DNA of 60,649 bases, filler included, from Sphacelaria rigidula (GCA_964200075.2; 10 parts of 10 records of this genome joined end to end with filler, not necessarily neighbours in it), one strand, 5' to 3'; numbered from the whole stretch's first letter, positions 36,909 to 50,004 are shown. Notes: a model not told the origin generated them from the sequence alone. Numbers and translations: made by a program.

Positions 36909-37020
36909 ACCCGGGACGGCGCCTGGTTTTGACGAAGACGATATCAACGCCGAACGTACGTACTGGGAGCCTTCTATTGCACCTGGCGGGCTGGTGTCGC
37001 CAGAGATGGTGAAGATCAAG
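36909..37020 (+). CDS. Penultimate exon of a WSD/WHIM-like chromatin protein
   Basis: CAG acceptor, AAG|GTACGT donor, phase-0 join to 37313 giving MVKIK|VEMLALALCLP. Confidence 0.65.
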
Positions 37021-37312
37021 GTACGTTCAATTTGTCTTGAGGCTTTCACTTCTTATCTTGTCGCCGAGCCCCCCTTGCGTTTGTGTGGCTCATAGGCGTA
37101 GGACGAAATTTTCGCTCGCTTCCGTGGCGTGTTGATGTTCCCTTGAGGAACCTGTCCCGTGGTACGGCCCCCCTCTTTGAGCACACTCAGTCGCTTTTTC
37201 GAACGCATACTTGTGGATGTTGCGAAGCAGCCCTCTCTATCGCCAAAAACCGTCCCTTGACGCCATGAACTTATAATCTGACCCCGCTTGTTCGGCGGGT
37301 GAATCGGCACAG

Positions 37313-39298
37313 GTGGAAATGCTTGCGCTGGCGCTGTGCCTCCCTCAGGCGTGGGAACGCGTGGTCGCTCCTCCTTCCCCCGAACGTCATCGAAGCAGGG
37401 TACGACAGAGGCCAACAACTCCGACGCCTGACGCTGGTGTAAGTGAGAGCCGCGCCGCCGTGGAGGGTGCTTCATGGGGGACGCGAAGTTCGTCGCCGAT
37501 AGCATCGGGCGTGAGCAATGATGCGGCATTGGGACAAACAACGGAGACAGGGGTGTCGTCAGAGGCCTCTGGAGACAACGGCGTAGCAGCGATGGTCGCA
37601 GAAACACCAGCGCAATCGCCGCAGCCGAAAGTGGAATTGGCGAACGTACCTTTGAACACCACAGTGCCATCGGACTCGACGGGAACGTCTACAGCGCCGC
37701 CTATCGCGGCCGCCCCACCTGTTGAAGACCAACCGTTTATCAGAAAAACACAGGGGACGTGGGGGACTGTGGACTCCAGTAGTAGTGACGACGATGAAGG
37801 CGATGATGAATCTGATGAAGTTCCGGCAGAAGGCACAGACGTGACGGCGGCAGAGAACGTGCCGACGGAAGGAGAGGCGGAAAATGAGGAAGCAGACGGA
37901 GATGCGGCACGTTGTCGGGCTGTGCCTGTGCCAAGAACTCCTCGTACTTTGGTGGCAGCACCCGCAGCGGAGGGCCCAGTCAGCGAGCAAGTCGCGAGCG
38001 TGTCTGTCGGAGCCCAATACGCTGGGGCAGTCCCTATCGCTGCCGCCGTCGCCTCGACGCCGCCCGCGGCAGTTGTAGCCCTGGGTTCAAGGCCCAATGT
38101 GAAGGTGGTGTCGTTGCCTGTGGACTTGGAAGACTGGCGGGAACGAGTGAGACGCGCAGAGACGACTCCGGAGCTAGCAGAGCTGGCTCTAGAGCTCGAT
38201 CTCGCCCTTCCGCGCGACGAGGGTTGGTTGCAGCCGTGGTACAAGACCGGGAGCTTCGCGGAGCCAAATATTGGTGGAGGCTCTTCGTTGGCCGCCGCGG
38301 CCACACGAGTGTTTGCTCTGGATCGCGCCCTCCGATGGGAGTTGATCCCTCGTCCGCGCCGCGGGGGTACCGGCCTTCCGGGCGATCTCCCTCGCGCCTG
38401 GCCGTTCTTCCTTCAATGTCCCCTGTCGCCGTTGTGCGTGCGCCCGTGTCTACACAAAGGGAAATGCAAGCATCACAGGAGCGGCGTTTCACGGGTTGAC
38501 CATCCTATGGTGGTGCCGCCTATGAGGCATCAAACGCCGTACGGTTCGCCGTACGGTTCGCCGTATGGTTCGCCGTACGGTTCATCGTATGCGTCGACAC
38601 ACAGTCCCGCCACGACCGTCGTTACTCCCCCTGCCACTGCCGCTGCCGCTGCCGCCCCAGCGCCGATGGCTGCGCCAGCGATGGCGTCGACGGCTGCGGC
38701 GGCGGCTTACTACGCTCGCACAGCTGGGTCCGCGCCGACGACGCAGAGCGCCACTTCAACTATCGCCAGTGGGTGGCCGCCAACCCCAAGCGGGGCGGCA
38801 GGGCTCGCGTCAGGGAACGCGGTTGGAGGAACACTCGTTCCACAGCAGCATGTGGGCCAAAGCAATCACCCGGGTTTGGCAGCAACAGCAGCAGCTGCTG
38901 CTGCTGTCGCTGCCACGCATGCGTCAAGGCCGATATATCCGCAGGTGACAGGGCCACCTGTCAGTGCACCGGCACCCGCGCCGATGATGACGGCATATTC
39001 AACGCCGGCACCAGCCCCCCCAGTGCCGCAGCACCAAGGGCAACTGCAGCAGCTACTCCAACCACCAACTTCAGCACCTGTACCTACGCAACCTGCCCCG
39101 CAGGCGTACGTGCCGCCTGTCGTCACCGCCGCGCCAACCGCACCTCCCCCACTAGCAGTGCCAGCAGCGGCGCCGCATATCCATGCCGCTGTTCCTACCG
39201 CTGGTGTGGCCTTGGGTAGTTTTGGAGGTTCCGCGGTGCAACAAGCCGCGGCTACTGACTCTGCCGCTCAGCCAGGGCTGAATGTTCCCCGGGAGTAG
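37313..39298 (+). CDS. Large terminal exon, probably a DDT/WSD(WHIM)-type chromatin protein with acidic and Ala/Pro-rich disordered regions
   Basis: 661 open codons after a CAG acceptor; LEDWRERVRRAETTPELAELALELDLALP resembles the WHIM3 helix pattern. Coding status is well supported, the family is tentative. Confidence 0.75.
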   Translation: MEMLALALCLPQAWERVVAPPSPERHRSRVRQRPTTPTPDAGVSESRAAVEGASWGTRSSSPIASGVSNDAALGQTTETGVSSEASGDNGVAAMVAETPAQSPQPKVELANVPLNTTVPSDSTGTSTAPPIAAAPPVEDQPFIRKTQGTWGTVDSSSSDDDEGDDESDEVPAEGTDVTAAENVPTEGEAENEEADGDAARCRAVPVPRTPRTLVAAPAAEGPVSEQVASVSVGAQYAGAVPIAAAVASTPPAAVVALGSRPNVKVVSLPVDLEDWRERVRRAETTPELAELALELDLALPRDEGWLQPWYKTGSFAEPNIGGGSSLAAAATRVFALDRALRWELIPRPRRGGTGLPGDLPRAWPFFLQCPLSPLCVRPCLHKGKCKHHRSGVSRVDHPMVVPPMRHQTPYGSPYGSPYGSPYGSSYASTHSPATTVVTPPATAAAAAAPAPMAAPAMASTAAAAAYYARTAGSAPTTQSATSTIASGWPPTPSGAAGLASGNAVGGTLVPQQHVGQSNHPGLAATAAAAAAVAATHASRPIYPQVTGPPVSAPAPAPMMTAYSTPAPAPPVPQHQGQLQQLLQPPTSAPVPTQPAPQAYVPPVVTAAPTAPPPLAVPAAAPHIHAAVPTAGVALGSFGGSAVQQAAATDSAAQPGLNVPRE

Positions 39299-40539
39299 TT
39301 GCAAATATTTTCAAGCAGCCAGCCGGTTGGGCACAGGCCCGGTGCTGTGACGGCAGCCAGTATGATACCGAACCCCAATGCACGGCAGAGAGACGTGAGG
39401 AGGAACCGCAGTACCTGCATGCATATGAAAGAGTTCGTTCATGTAGTCGTCGGTACAGACGGCGTAGGTAGGTGGGGGGATACCCCAGCACAAGTTGGCA
39501 AAGCGACGGCGATCGCGGTTACGATTTAGAAGGCGACCGTTGTGGAGATGGTCGCCACTACATCACTGGCTCGACCCACTCGCACAACCGTCACGGCTAT
39601 CCATGAGCGGGGCTGCCGACGGTCTGCGCAGAGAGCGCCGGAGGTCTCGGTACCGGTTTTCAAGCCGGCGTCTTGAACTTGTTTCAATACCCGTGGCCGG
39701 AGGTAATTGCTCCGAGGCTCTGCCGCCCGCTCCACCCTGCAGGCGGTGCAGATTGTTTGTTCATAGTTCTGTCAAGCATTTGAGATGTTTTTGTGCTTGT
39801 TTTGTATTGAAATTGTGCCGTTGTCCTAGCAACCCGTCTCTCTGAGCCGACGGGTTGCTTTTTGAAATGACGCTGGAGGATTTGTTGGATTTGGCCGAGT
39901 ATTCTAAGACGCGAAAACGAAATTGTTCCTTGTGGTTTGTAGACGCACGTTTTGATAGCCGATAAAGGTAAGTCGGCTGGATGAAACGCGATGATTGTTG
40001 TGCTCGTTGCCTGCGTCGTGTAGGCCAGTGGCACAAGCGGGCTCTTGGAGTTTCTGCTGCCTTGGGCGTTACCATCGCAGGTGCGCTGCAAAGTGGCGCA
40101 ACTAACTGCACTTATTCGCGAAAGATTTTCGACGCATTTTTGTGAGTTTGATGTTTCTGGTCCACTCTGCAGTGGCTGCACTTGCCGCCGTGGAGTCAAA
40201 CGGGCCTGTTTTGTTGGGGTGCATGTGAACAACAGCGCGTTGAGATACAACGGGAGTGTGTTCATCCTGTATGTTCGTGTCCGACATCAACATCAACCAC
40301 ATAACAACGCACGTGATCACACTATGCTCCCGCGGAAGATGTACTCGTGCACTAGTCCTATCGTCGATGCCAAATGAGAGCACTGCATGCTTCCACGGTA
40401 TACTGGCTGCCGTGAGGGCTGTGCTCCTGCTGTAGTTGTATAGTCCAGGTTCGTGGATGTCGTTTTGAGTGCAAACAGGTCGTTGGTCCTAGAAAGTGTG
40501 AGTCCCTCGTGGGTACTAGGCAGCTAGCAAACTGCTTTT

Positions 40540-40984
40540 AACACGGTATCTTACAAATTGGGGATGGATATTTTATTGGGGATGAGAAACCCGTAGAATT
40601 AAAATCTTCGTATCCACACCAAATCTTCGAAATATGGTTTCATTTCTTCACCTACCGATGGCTGTTGATAACTACTACACGCCATACAAATTTGGATTCC
40701 GATGACCGAAATGTTGGGATCCCAGGTGAAGAACCATTTTTGGGGAATTCCTGGCGTCCGAGGGACGCCAAAATGGTTCCGAAATTGTTTTTTTTCATCG
40801 AGGACCCCAACATTTCGGTTATCGAAATCCAAGTTGGTATGGCGTGTAGCAGTTGTCGATGGCTGTCAGTGGGTGAAGAAATGGAATTATATTTCGAAGA
40901 TTTGGTGTGGATACGAAGATTTCAATTCTCCAGGTTTCTCATCCCCAATAAAAGATCCATCCCCAAATTGTAAGGTCCCGTGTT
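40540..40984. mobile_element. Complete foldback MITE family A (445 bp)
   Basis: AACACGGTATCTTACAAATTGGGG...CCCCAAATTGTAAGGTCCCGTGTT; arms of roughly 190 bp. Confidence 0.9.
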
Positions 40985-41792
40985 TTTTCATGGAAATGAT
41001 CTCCGTACATAATGTCTAGGGGACCGAAGATAACTCCAGGAATGTTGGGAACGTGCTCTCTGTGTATGCATAATCATGTACCGTATTGCTAGGTGTTCGA
41101 CTCGCAACCCGGGAATATGACCACACCATGCATGATACCCAGAGCTCTGTCACAAAGAATACATTGCACGGTTCTTTTGTGGCCTGCCATTCGAGCAGAA
41201 TTCTCATGGAAAGTAGAGGTATTTTTGTATGATTGTACAAGTGGCGCTTCGTAGGAGACTGGAGATTTGTTCCACATGCGCCCGTACAAAACCCAGAGCC
41301 AGCCTCCACACGGGGGGTCTGAGAAACTTGATGTTGTCGATTTGATATTACTATTATCGCGAAATCCCCCATAGGAATCCTGTCGCGGTCACAAGATAGA
41401 CGTGGATTCAGGGTAAAATAATGGAAACACACGCTAAAAGAGGGTTGAGAAAAGAGGGAAACCGACAGAGAACTGATTTAAGTGAAGAATGAGAAACAGA
41501 GAGCACGCATACACGTGCGTGCGCGCGCGCACACACACACATATACACACACAGTAACCCGATAAACATGTCACATGGAACACAACTGGATTCGCGAGGA
41601 GACACTCTACATTTAGGCCATTCGTGTTGCACATGTTGCTTGTTCTCTCTGCGGATGCGTCCTAATCGCTCCCACCCCCTCAACGCTCAACCATCTCACC
41701 AGCAAAGTTTCGTTAAATCCGGATCGTACCTTTTTGTCAGGTTCTGGTTTATAAGTACTAGTGTCCTGTTAGTTTGGCCAGGACGATAGGCT

Positions 41793-42005
41793 TGTAATGC
41801 GTGAGAGGACCGCGCGCTTAGAGGACCGCATCAGAATTTGAACATCCCTATGGATAGGGTTGAGGTCAGGTTTAGTGTCGGGGTTTGGGTCAGAGGCGTG
41901 GTCCCGGCAGGGACTGGCCTCATTGGTTTAGAAAAAAGTCGATCCTGAGAGGTATTTTGGACTGCGATGCGGTCCTCCAAGCACGCGGTCCTCTCACGCA
42001 TTACA
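41793..42005. mobile_element. TGT...ACA MITE with 4-bp TSD GGCT (Ginger-like)
   Basis: TIR TGTAATGCGTGAGAGGACCGCG; GGCT at 41789-41792 and 42006-42009; right end of another copy at about 48635-48718. Confidence 0.8.
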
Positions 42006-42077
42006 GGCTTTTCAGTCAACATACCACACCGCACCACACCACACCACACCGTGGACAAAGAACGTTGAAATCCTGCT

Positions 42078-42425
42078 AACACGGGATCTTACAAATTGGG
42101 GATGGATCTTTTATTGGGGATGAGAAGCCCGGAGAAATAAAATCCATGTATCCACACCAAATCTTCGAAATATGGTTCCATTTCTTCACCTACTGATAGC
42201 TATTGACAACTGCTACACGCTAAAGAAATTTGGATCTCGATAACCGAAACGTTGGGGTCCTAGGTCAACAACCAATTTTGGGGAATTCTGGGTGTCCGAA
42301 CGGACGCCAAAATAGTTCCGATTTGTTTTTTCACCTAGGATCCCAACATTTCGGTTATCGAGATCCAAATTTCTGTGGCGTGTAGCAGTTGTCAATAGCT
42401 ATCAGTAGGTGAAGAAATGGAACCA
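42078..42425. mobile_element. Foldback MITE family A, cut by the fragment end
   Basis: Starts AACACGGGATCTTACAAATTGGGG; homologous to 40540-40984. Confidence 0.9.
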
Positions 42426-45400
42426 NNNNNNNNNNNNNNNNNNNNNNNNNNNNNNNNNNNNNNNNNNNNTTAATTAATTAANNNNNNNNNNNNNNNNNNN
42501 NNNNNNNNNNNNNNNNNNNNNNNNNAACAACAACACAGGTCCACGACCTCTCTTTCATACAGACCCGCGCGCTGAGTACGAGATTCAGCCCTTGAAGAAT
42601 ACGCCGTGAGGCGTACTTGTGGCTCGAGCGGAGAAGACATTCGGAAACCACCACAGAGCACCACCGCGTATCGCAAGGTGTTTCAATGAACTCTACCTCG
42701 AGTCTCCCGAGGTTCTTTCGTCACAATCGTTGATCTCAACACATGCTCGTTGACACATCTGATGCCCCCTCCCCCCCCCTCTACGTCGAATAAGTTTGTC
42801 CGCCCAGGTACGCTAACAATTACGAGCAGGGTGCGGGGCCTTCCCCGCTTACAAAATACACAAGAAGCAACTGAAAAACAAATGCATGATCCGTACACAA
42901 CGTCTTATTTCTATCGCTACATGATGACAATAATAATACTGTATCGGGTAGAGCTAGGAAATGGTGTAACTGGCCATTATCGTAATTATCGTAACAATGA
43001 TAATGGTTTTACGAAAAGTGTGTATAATGGTTTCAAACCATTATTTACATTTACCGGCATTATAACCCGTTACCGGCTACGTACGCTACATACCGTCCTT
43101 GAAAATTGCCCCAAATTTAACGTATCATGTAGCTCTAGTGGAGCCAAATCGCGTAAAAACGTACCTCCGGCACGGCGCCTCCGGCGGGGGCCCCTCTGCC
43201 GGGGGGGGAAGGCCTCTTGGCTCGCGGCTGTGCCGCTCGATGACCGAACCATTAGGTACCGTTTAACTGGTTAATGGAAAGACAGACCACTTCCGAGCTC
43301 TAGTATAACGACTACAAAATAATCTCGGTATGGCGCGTCTCGAGTCAGCCATAAAAAAACTGTGTATGACCCTGCTACAGTACCCTTTCCCCCCCCTTCC
43401 TTCCCCCCTCTCCTCCGCGCGCACCTCCTCTTGACTCTCTTTTTGGGGACAAAGTTCGATCACGAAACACCGCTCCTGTCACTTCCGGTATTTTGAGACT
43501 CGTGGGCAAGTGCACACACGCTGCAACAGAACCCAATTATGTACGCGCTATTATATATTTCGAAGTATATGATTCACGTGCCTGTATCAACGTACTAATA
43601 TAGTGAAACTCGCGCGTGCACAGGGAAAAAACAAAAATGCGCAACCAAGAAAGGTTGCGTCAATGCGGGGAATGATCGAGCTCGCACGGCGGAAGATTGG
43701 GGACTGGACGATGCAGTGCTCCTGCCATGAACGAATTGGGCACGAACAAACGTCGGTCGGCCAGAACAGCAGCAGCAACAGCAGTCGCAGCAGCAGCAAG
43801 CTCGACGAGAATATCTCGATCAGATTCTCTCGGCAGCTTGCCTTGGTCCAACTCCTTCTTCAAGTGACGTACAAGACAATCTCCTCGAAAAATGTACACA
43901 CACATAGATGTATATATATATACATGTATCCCAACAAAACCGTTCACAGCTAACTCGCTAACGAATGGGGACGGCCGTTCAAGACGATCGTCGAAATTTA
44001 GCCATCGATTGTCCAAGTAGAACATGCGCTCTGATGGGAGCCAAAAATGCGAGGATCCCATGTCGAGACAAGTTCGCATAGTCTACGACAGTATACTCAA
44101 CATGTACAAAGTTTACAGGCACGTGGAGACATGTGAAACGGCATCTCACACTGAACCCCACCACTCCGAAACATCCATCCTTAGCGGCCTCGGCACTAGG
44201 AAACAATCGAGTATTCGCACATGCATGTCGAAAGCTCCCTACAAGACGCTTTCTACGATAGCCCCCCCCCCCCCACACACACACGCACAAAAGGTGGCTG
44301 GTTTGGGGAGGCGCAATCCAAATCTACACGAGAATCAAAATGAAAAAAGAAAGTGTCATACTCCAAAAGGCGATGGATGACGTCACCCGCTGACCAAGGG
44401 ATATCGGAAATCAGCTTCTCCCGAAGTCCTCTATTTTCTTCACCAAAAATCACGAAACTGCATGCCACTCACTGTGTGTGCCTTTCTGTTTTGTGTGTTC
44501 ACTAAAAACGAACACGGGCGCACAGAAAAAAAAAAAAGAGGCATTAAACTGTATCGCAATGTATAATAAACACATGAATGATGACACTTTATCACACACC
44601 AGCCTCATGACATACATGATCTTCGAACAAACCTCACGGAGCAAACATGCATGCATGCTTTTATAGTGGCCTGATTATGTTGTTGTTGTTGTTGTTGTCC
44701 ACGCTTGAAATCGGACGTGGAAAAAAAAAAGCTAAGGTTGTGTTCTGTAGGGTATTTTTTTTGGTTGGCATACTAGACCATACCGAAATGTGCACCGAGC
44801 AATCCCGTATGGTACAGCAGGGTGTCGAGCCCTGCGCCGAACACTCATGTACGGTTCGGAATTGCATTTACCGATAACACCCCCCCTTGATACTTTTGTA
44901 AATATCCTACCTAGCTTCAGTTGGTGTACCCTACAGAACACAACCTTGAAAAAAACAACGTCGAGCAATCTCCCGAAACGAGTTTAAATAGTACCGCAAA
45001 CGACAGGTACAGGAGTAGACGTAGGAAACGGCATATTGCGCATATCGAACAACACTGCAGGCACCAAGGCATGGTCAGGGCAACGACAAGCGTTCCGCTG
45101 AAATCGCCAGTGAATCACAACAATTGGTAATAATCACACTTCGATACACACGAATACCCCCCCTCCAAAAAAAAAAGAGAAAAAAAGAAAAGAAGAAAAA
45201 GAAAAGAAAACAAGCGGAACGTTCAGGTACACTCAGCACCAACATATAGCTTCTCCGAAGAAGACGCAAAACACGGAAAAGAGGAAATTCAAACCGGTGA
45301 TATCCTTTGTAACACTTTCTCACGACAAGAAAAGACGCCGCTGGGCGCCCAGAATATTGAAGAAATACAACACGCAGGTGTGTGTGGTCAGAAAAATGTG

Positions 45401-46780
45401 TGCAAAAATCTAAAAAGGGAAATGACTACAGTCAGCATCACACAATCTACGAGGTGTCTCGCCGACAAGATTAAAAACCAAAAGATACCCCTGGAGTGGT
45501 GGATTAACCGGCACTACATCAACGACAGAATGTTTGGTCGCGGGGTGTTGTAACACGTGCTCTGTCTAACTCGTCTCCGCCATCGATTTTCGCCGCAGTT
45601 GGCTGCAACAGACGGCATTTATTGGAGGCATGTCTCACGATCGCACGAGCATACATTCATTGGTGCCCACATGATATGAAAAACATACTCTTTCTGCTGG
45701 TGTTTATTCGCAGCGCTACGGCGCCCAAAACCTTGCCCGAAGTATGAAAAAAGAAGGAAGAAGGAGTCTATCGGGAAGCAATTGCGAACAACACATACAC
45801 ACGCGCGCGCGCGGGTTGAAAGTTGTGCGGAGCATGTGGCATCAATACGCGGACACTACAGACCCGCCCCGAGGATACCACTCCCATCTGTGCCATTTGT
45901 GCGATGCGCAACCGCCGGCATGAGTGTCTCAACAACAATCAACACATCCCAATCAACCATAACGTGACCACCAGTTCCTTCTGGCGGTGCTATCACCAAA
46001 CGTCGATGACATCATGCGAACATCTAAATATATTTATATATCTGTATATCTGTATGCAATCGGCGCAATACACAGGCTTACTTAAGTGAAGCAAAATACA
46101 ACGGTAGGTATGTAAGGTCAAAAGAGCAAGAACCAACACCCGGGGTGAGCTCCAAAGATGAGCGTCCCCACTCACTGTATAGCTTCAACCGGTACGAAAA
46201 AGTGAGACACTCGTGTCTGGTCTGGTCTAAGCAAAAACTACCGGCCGAAATTGTAAGCCGCGAGCCCCCTTGATAACGCGCGAGTTCCGATGACAGAGAT
46301 ACGGGAGGAAAGACGTGGAAGACGTCACACCCTATGCGCTACCGCTGAGTAGTATACCTTCGGTCGCCGCCAACGAAATTAAAAAAAAAAAGAACAGCCA
46401 TCTGCGGTTTACCATCATAAAAAAAACATGCAATAAAGTTAACCACAGCGTGCCTGAAGTTGACTGCGTAGCTCTTCTTTGACGAGACGCAATTTTCACA
46501 GTCACATCATTGTTGAAGCAGTACGGCTCGTGCGTGCACCGTTGACATCAGGAAACAAAACAAAAAATCCCATGAAACCGAATTACCCTGACTACCCCTT
46601 CCCATATCCCGAACCCGAAATATATGACGGCCCTCCGCTAGATGCCCCTTAAGCCTCCCCCATCCGCCCCAAACTTGTCCGGAAAAATCGCTGCTGCACC
46701 TCCCGACCTCAAAGCTATAGTGAAAATATGCTTCTTATGGGGCGGGCCGATTTCAAGCCCAACGTGTGTAGGGACCGTTT

Positions 46781-47986
46781 TTACAAAACTGCTGCTTCCG
46801 CTCTGTGTGCAGCTGACGCCCCTGGAGCTGCGTCAGCGGCATCCATCACCATCTTGATCTTCCGGGGAATCAAGGCAGGAAAGAGAGGCATGGACCGACG
46901 GAAGTCGTCGCAGTCTTCAATCGAAATAACTCGTCGCTGCACGCGCTTGGGCGTCGCTTCCGCCTTGTTCTGGCCTTGCCACTCCAGCTGCTGCTGCTGC
47001 TGCTGCTGCCGCTGTCGACGGTCCTGTTGCTGCATCGTAGGTTCTCCTCCATGTTGCTCTTCGCCGCCGCCGGTGATTAAAATATCGCCGTAGCCATCAC
47101 CATCACCCTCGCCATCGCCGCCATCATGATCGCCACCGCCGGACTCAGTGTTCTCGCGTTGCGTGTTCTGTTCTTCGTCCCCCAGTACACTCGTCATCCG
47201 TTGTTCTCTTTCCTCCGTCATCTTCTCCTCCCGCCCTCCACTTATTTCCCCCCCCTCTTGCACGTCCTCTCCGTCATTCCCCACGTACCCGCTTCCTTGC
47301 GACTTCGCCCCCTCAATCCACACAGTCTCTGCCTCCTCTCGTTCGTCCCGGCCACAAGAGCAAGAGCAAGAGCATTCCCCCGTGTCACGATTTCCCTCCT
47401 CGGCACCACCACCTTCCGACAACGCACTACTGCTCCAATTACCTGCCGCCCCACCCTCTTTCTCATCTTCCGCGTCACAATCTTCCGCCTCGACGTCTTT
47501 CAGCGCCGCGGTCGTCCATGTCAACGCATCCTTCGTCCCTCCGTCGCCGCCGTTCACATTACCCATTACGTTTTCCTGCTTCTCTATCGCTGAATCCAGC
47601 CTGTTCTCCACCTTACATGCCTCGTCACTGCCGTCTCCAGCACCACCCTTAACATCACGATCGTCTCCACTAGACGCTTCGCTCCCCTGCTGCTTCTCCA
47701 AGAGCGGGGCTGTATACTTAGCGCCGTGGGCCCAGCCGGCGATTTTGCGTCGCTCTGGCGCGTCGATCGCCAGATACAGGTCGAAAAAGTCTATGACGTC
47801 CGGTAGGGTTAGCTCGGCGAGCGCATCGGCGATTCCGACCCGACGACTGAAGTCGTACGTGCGTTGAGAGATCTGCCCCCAGTGCAGGAATGTCTCCGAG
47901 GCCAGGCGCTCGCACTTCTTGAGCATCAGCTGCCGGCGCGCTGAGACGCTGCTTGCGAACATCTCCGGGGTTGTTGCCATCAGGGT
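46781..47986 (-). CDS. Terminal exon of a peptidase M16A (insulin-degrading enzyme-like) protein
   Basis: HWGQISQRTYDFSRR...LAELTLPDVIDFFDLYL...PERRKI and IEDCDDFRRSMPLFP match the IDE C-terminal pattern; CAG acceptor, TAA stop. Confidence 0.8.
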   Translation of the reverse strand, partial: TLMATTPEMFASSVSARRQLMLKKCERLASETFLHWGQISQRTYDFSRRVGIADALAELTLPDVIDFFDLYLAIDAPERRKIAGWAHGAKYTAPLLEKQQGSEASSGDDRDVKGGAGDGSDEACKVENRLDSAIEKQENVMGNVNGGDGGTKDALTWTTAALKDVEAEDCDAEDEKEGGAAGNWSSSALSEGGGAEEGNRDTGECSCSCSCGRDEREEAETVWIEGAKSQGSGYVGNDGEDVQEGGEISGGREEKMTEEREQRMTSVLGDEEQNTQRENTESGGGDHDGGDGEGDGDGYGDILITGGGEEQHGGEPTMQQQDRRQRQQQQQQQLEWQGQNKAEATPKRVQRRVISIEDCDDFRRSMPLFPALIPRKIKMVMDAADAAPGASAAHRAEAAVL

Positions 47987-48716
47987 CTGCATCATCGTAT
48001 TGTGTGCGCGCGCACATGTTGCAAATACAAGAAAAGAAGAGACAAAAATGAGCACCTTCAGTCAAACATTGACTCTTCGGTTCAGCGAAGCAAATTGGGA
48101 ATATTAACAGTGTACGTACCGCCCGAGCATGTCACACACGAAAATCAAAGGCAGAAAAGGGACGCGATAGATGATAACGCCACACACTACTAATATCGGC
48201 CGAATATTTCGCAGTCAATAGAGTACGTGAGTCTGCAAGTGCTAGCTCCTTACGGCATTGTGTAATTCGAGAGACTTTGTCTCGTGATGGTGGCCAGTTC
48301 CGAGGATACGGGTAGCAAAGGCTTTTCTGTCATCACAGCTTCAGTAAAGAGCATGTGCTATACTGCAGATATACACGTTCATTTTTTCTGCCTTACTTTT
48401 ACACCTCCCCCCCCCCCCCCCCCCCCCCCCCCCTCGGGACGAGTCCATGGCGTCAAGGAATCAAGCCCAGTCTCCCCCCGGACCCCCCCAACCATTTTGT
48501 NNNNNNNNNNNNNNNNNNNNNNNNNNNNNNNNNNNNNNNNNNNNTTAATTAATTAANNNNNNNNNNNNNNNNNNNNNNNNNNNNNNNNNNNNNNNNNNNN
48601 CTCAGCGGGTAGGGTATACTTGTAACCTTAACCTTGTTTGGTTTTGAAAAACGTCGATCCTCAGGTGTTTCGAACTACGATGCGGACCTTTAAGCACGCG
48701 GCCCTCTCACGCATTA

Positions 48717-48943
48717 CACTTGCAACCTTGCACTACTGTACCGCCTGGGCTTGCAGAATACAGCCTGTACTCTGTGACGGTTTGCAGTAGTACAAGGTTA
48801 CAAGTATACCCTACCCGCTGAGCATGTTCTCTATGCGTATACCTGTGTTCATGTGGACTACGTGCGTGCTGTTCACCTGCCCTGTCCCAGTACAGGCTGT
48901 ACTCTGCAAGCACGGAGAGTACAGTAGTGTCAGATTGCAAGTG
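48717..48943. mobile_element. Tc1/mariner-type MITE with ~55-bp TIRs and TA flanks
   Basis: TA|CACTTGCAACC...GATTGCAAGTG|TA. Confidence 0.7.
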
Positions 48944-49009
48944 TAAAACATGAGAGGAAAACGGTCAAGCGATAAAAATATAGGGGAAAATTCTGATGCA
49001 AGTGAACAG

Positions 49010-50004
49010 CGATCGCCCACCCCAACACGCAGCTCAGACGGTGGACCATGTCACAAAATTAGATGCCCAAGTTTTCGCCACCAAGAAGAAGCGCCAAAAG
49101 TGTGGTGGTGTCGGTTCAGGCACACGTTTCACTGCAGTAACGTTGATGTGTGGCGACCACGACTGCTGCAGTTCGTGTTTTTGTCTTGTTATGTTCGCAA
49201 TGACGGTGAACGTGGGGTGGCACCTCGATGGCGTGTGCTTCCGTAGGAGTACAGCAGCAGCAGCTGGACAGTATGAATTTTGCAACAAGAGAAAGTAGCT
49301 GATGCATACTGTATACAGTCCGTGTTCAGGTTATAGAAAACACAGCAGAATTTTGTTGTGTTGTGTTCAGTGTAGTAGCCTGTACTCCATGTAATGGGGT
49401 CACGTTTTGGGCAGTTTTTCGAAAAGTTCGTCTCTACTGTGCATGAGCGCTTACGCAATCCGATCGCCCACCCCAACACGCAGCTCAGTCGGTGGACCCT
49501 GCCACAAAATTAGAAAACGATACCGGCAGCAAAGCAGATTTGAACCGCGAGCAGTTTTGCACCGCCTCCACGGTCCACTGTCACAAAATTAGATGCCCAA
49601 GTTTTCGCCGACGAGAAGAAACGCCAAAAGTGTGATGGTGTCGGTTCAGGCACACGTTTCACTGCAGTGACGTTGATGTGTGGCGGCCACGACTGCTGCA
49701 GTTCGTGTTTTTGTCTTATAATGTACGCTATGACGGTATACGTGGGGTGGCACCTCGAGGACGTGTGCTTCCGTGGTAGTACAGCAGCACCAGCTGGACA
49801 GTATGAATTTTGCAACAAGAGAAAGCAGCCGATGCATACTGTATACAGTCCGTGTTTACGTTCCAAAGCTGATGCATGCTAATGCATGCTGTATGTAGTC
49901 CGTGTTCAGGTTCTAAAAAACACTGCAGAATTGTGCTGTGTTCAGTGTAGTAGCCTGTACTCCATATAGTGGGGTCACGTTTGGGGCAGTTTTTCGAAAA
50001 GTTC
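49010..50004. repeat. Direct duplication of a ~420-bp unit (49010-49429 and 49461-50004; the second copy has two small insertions)
   Basis: CGATCGCCCACCCCAACACGCAGCTCAG...TTTTCGAAAAGTTC occurs twice. Confidence 0.9.

Noticed and set aside
37387..38499. Overlapping 150-305 aa ORFs in other frames and strand (also 47126-47867, 53157-54134, 54833-55522)
   Set aside because: They are shadows of real coding sequence in another frame.
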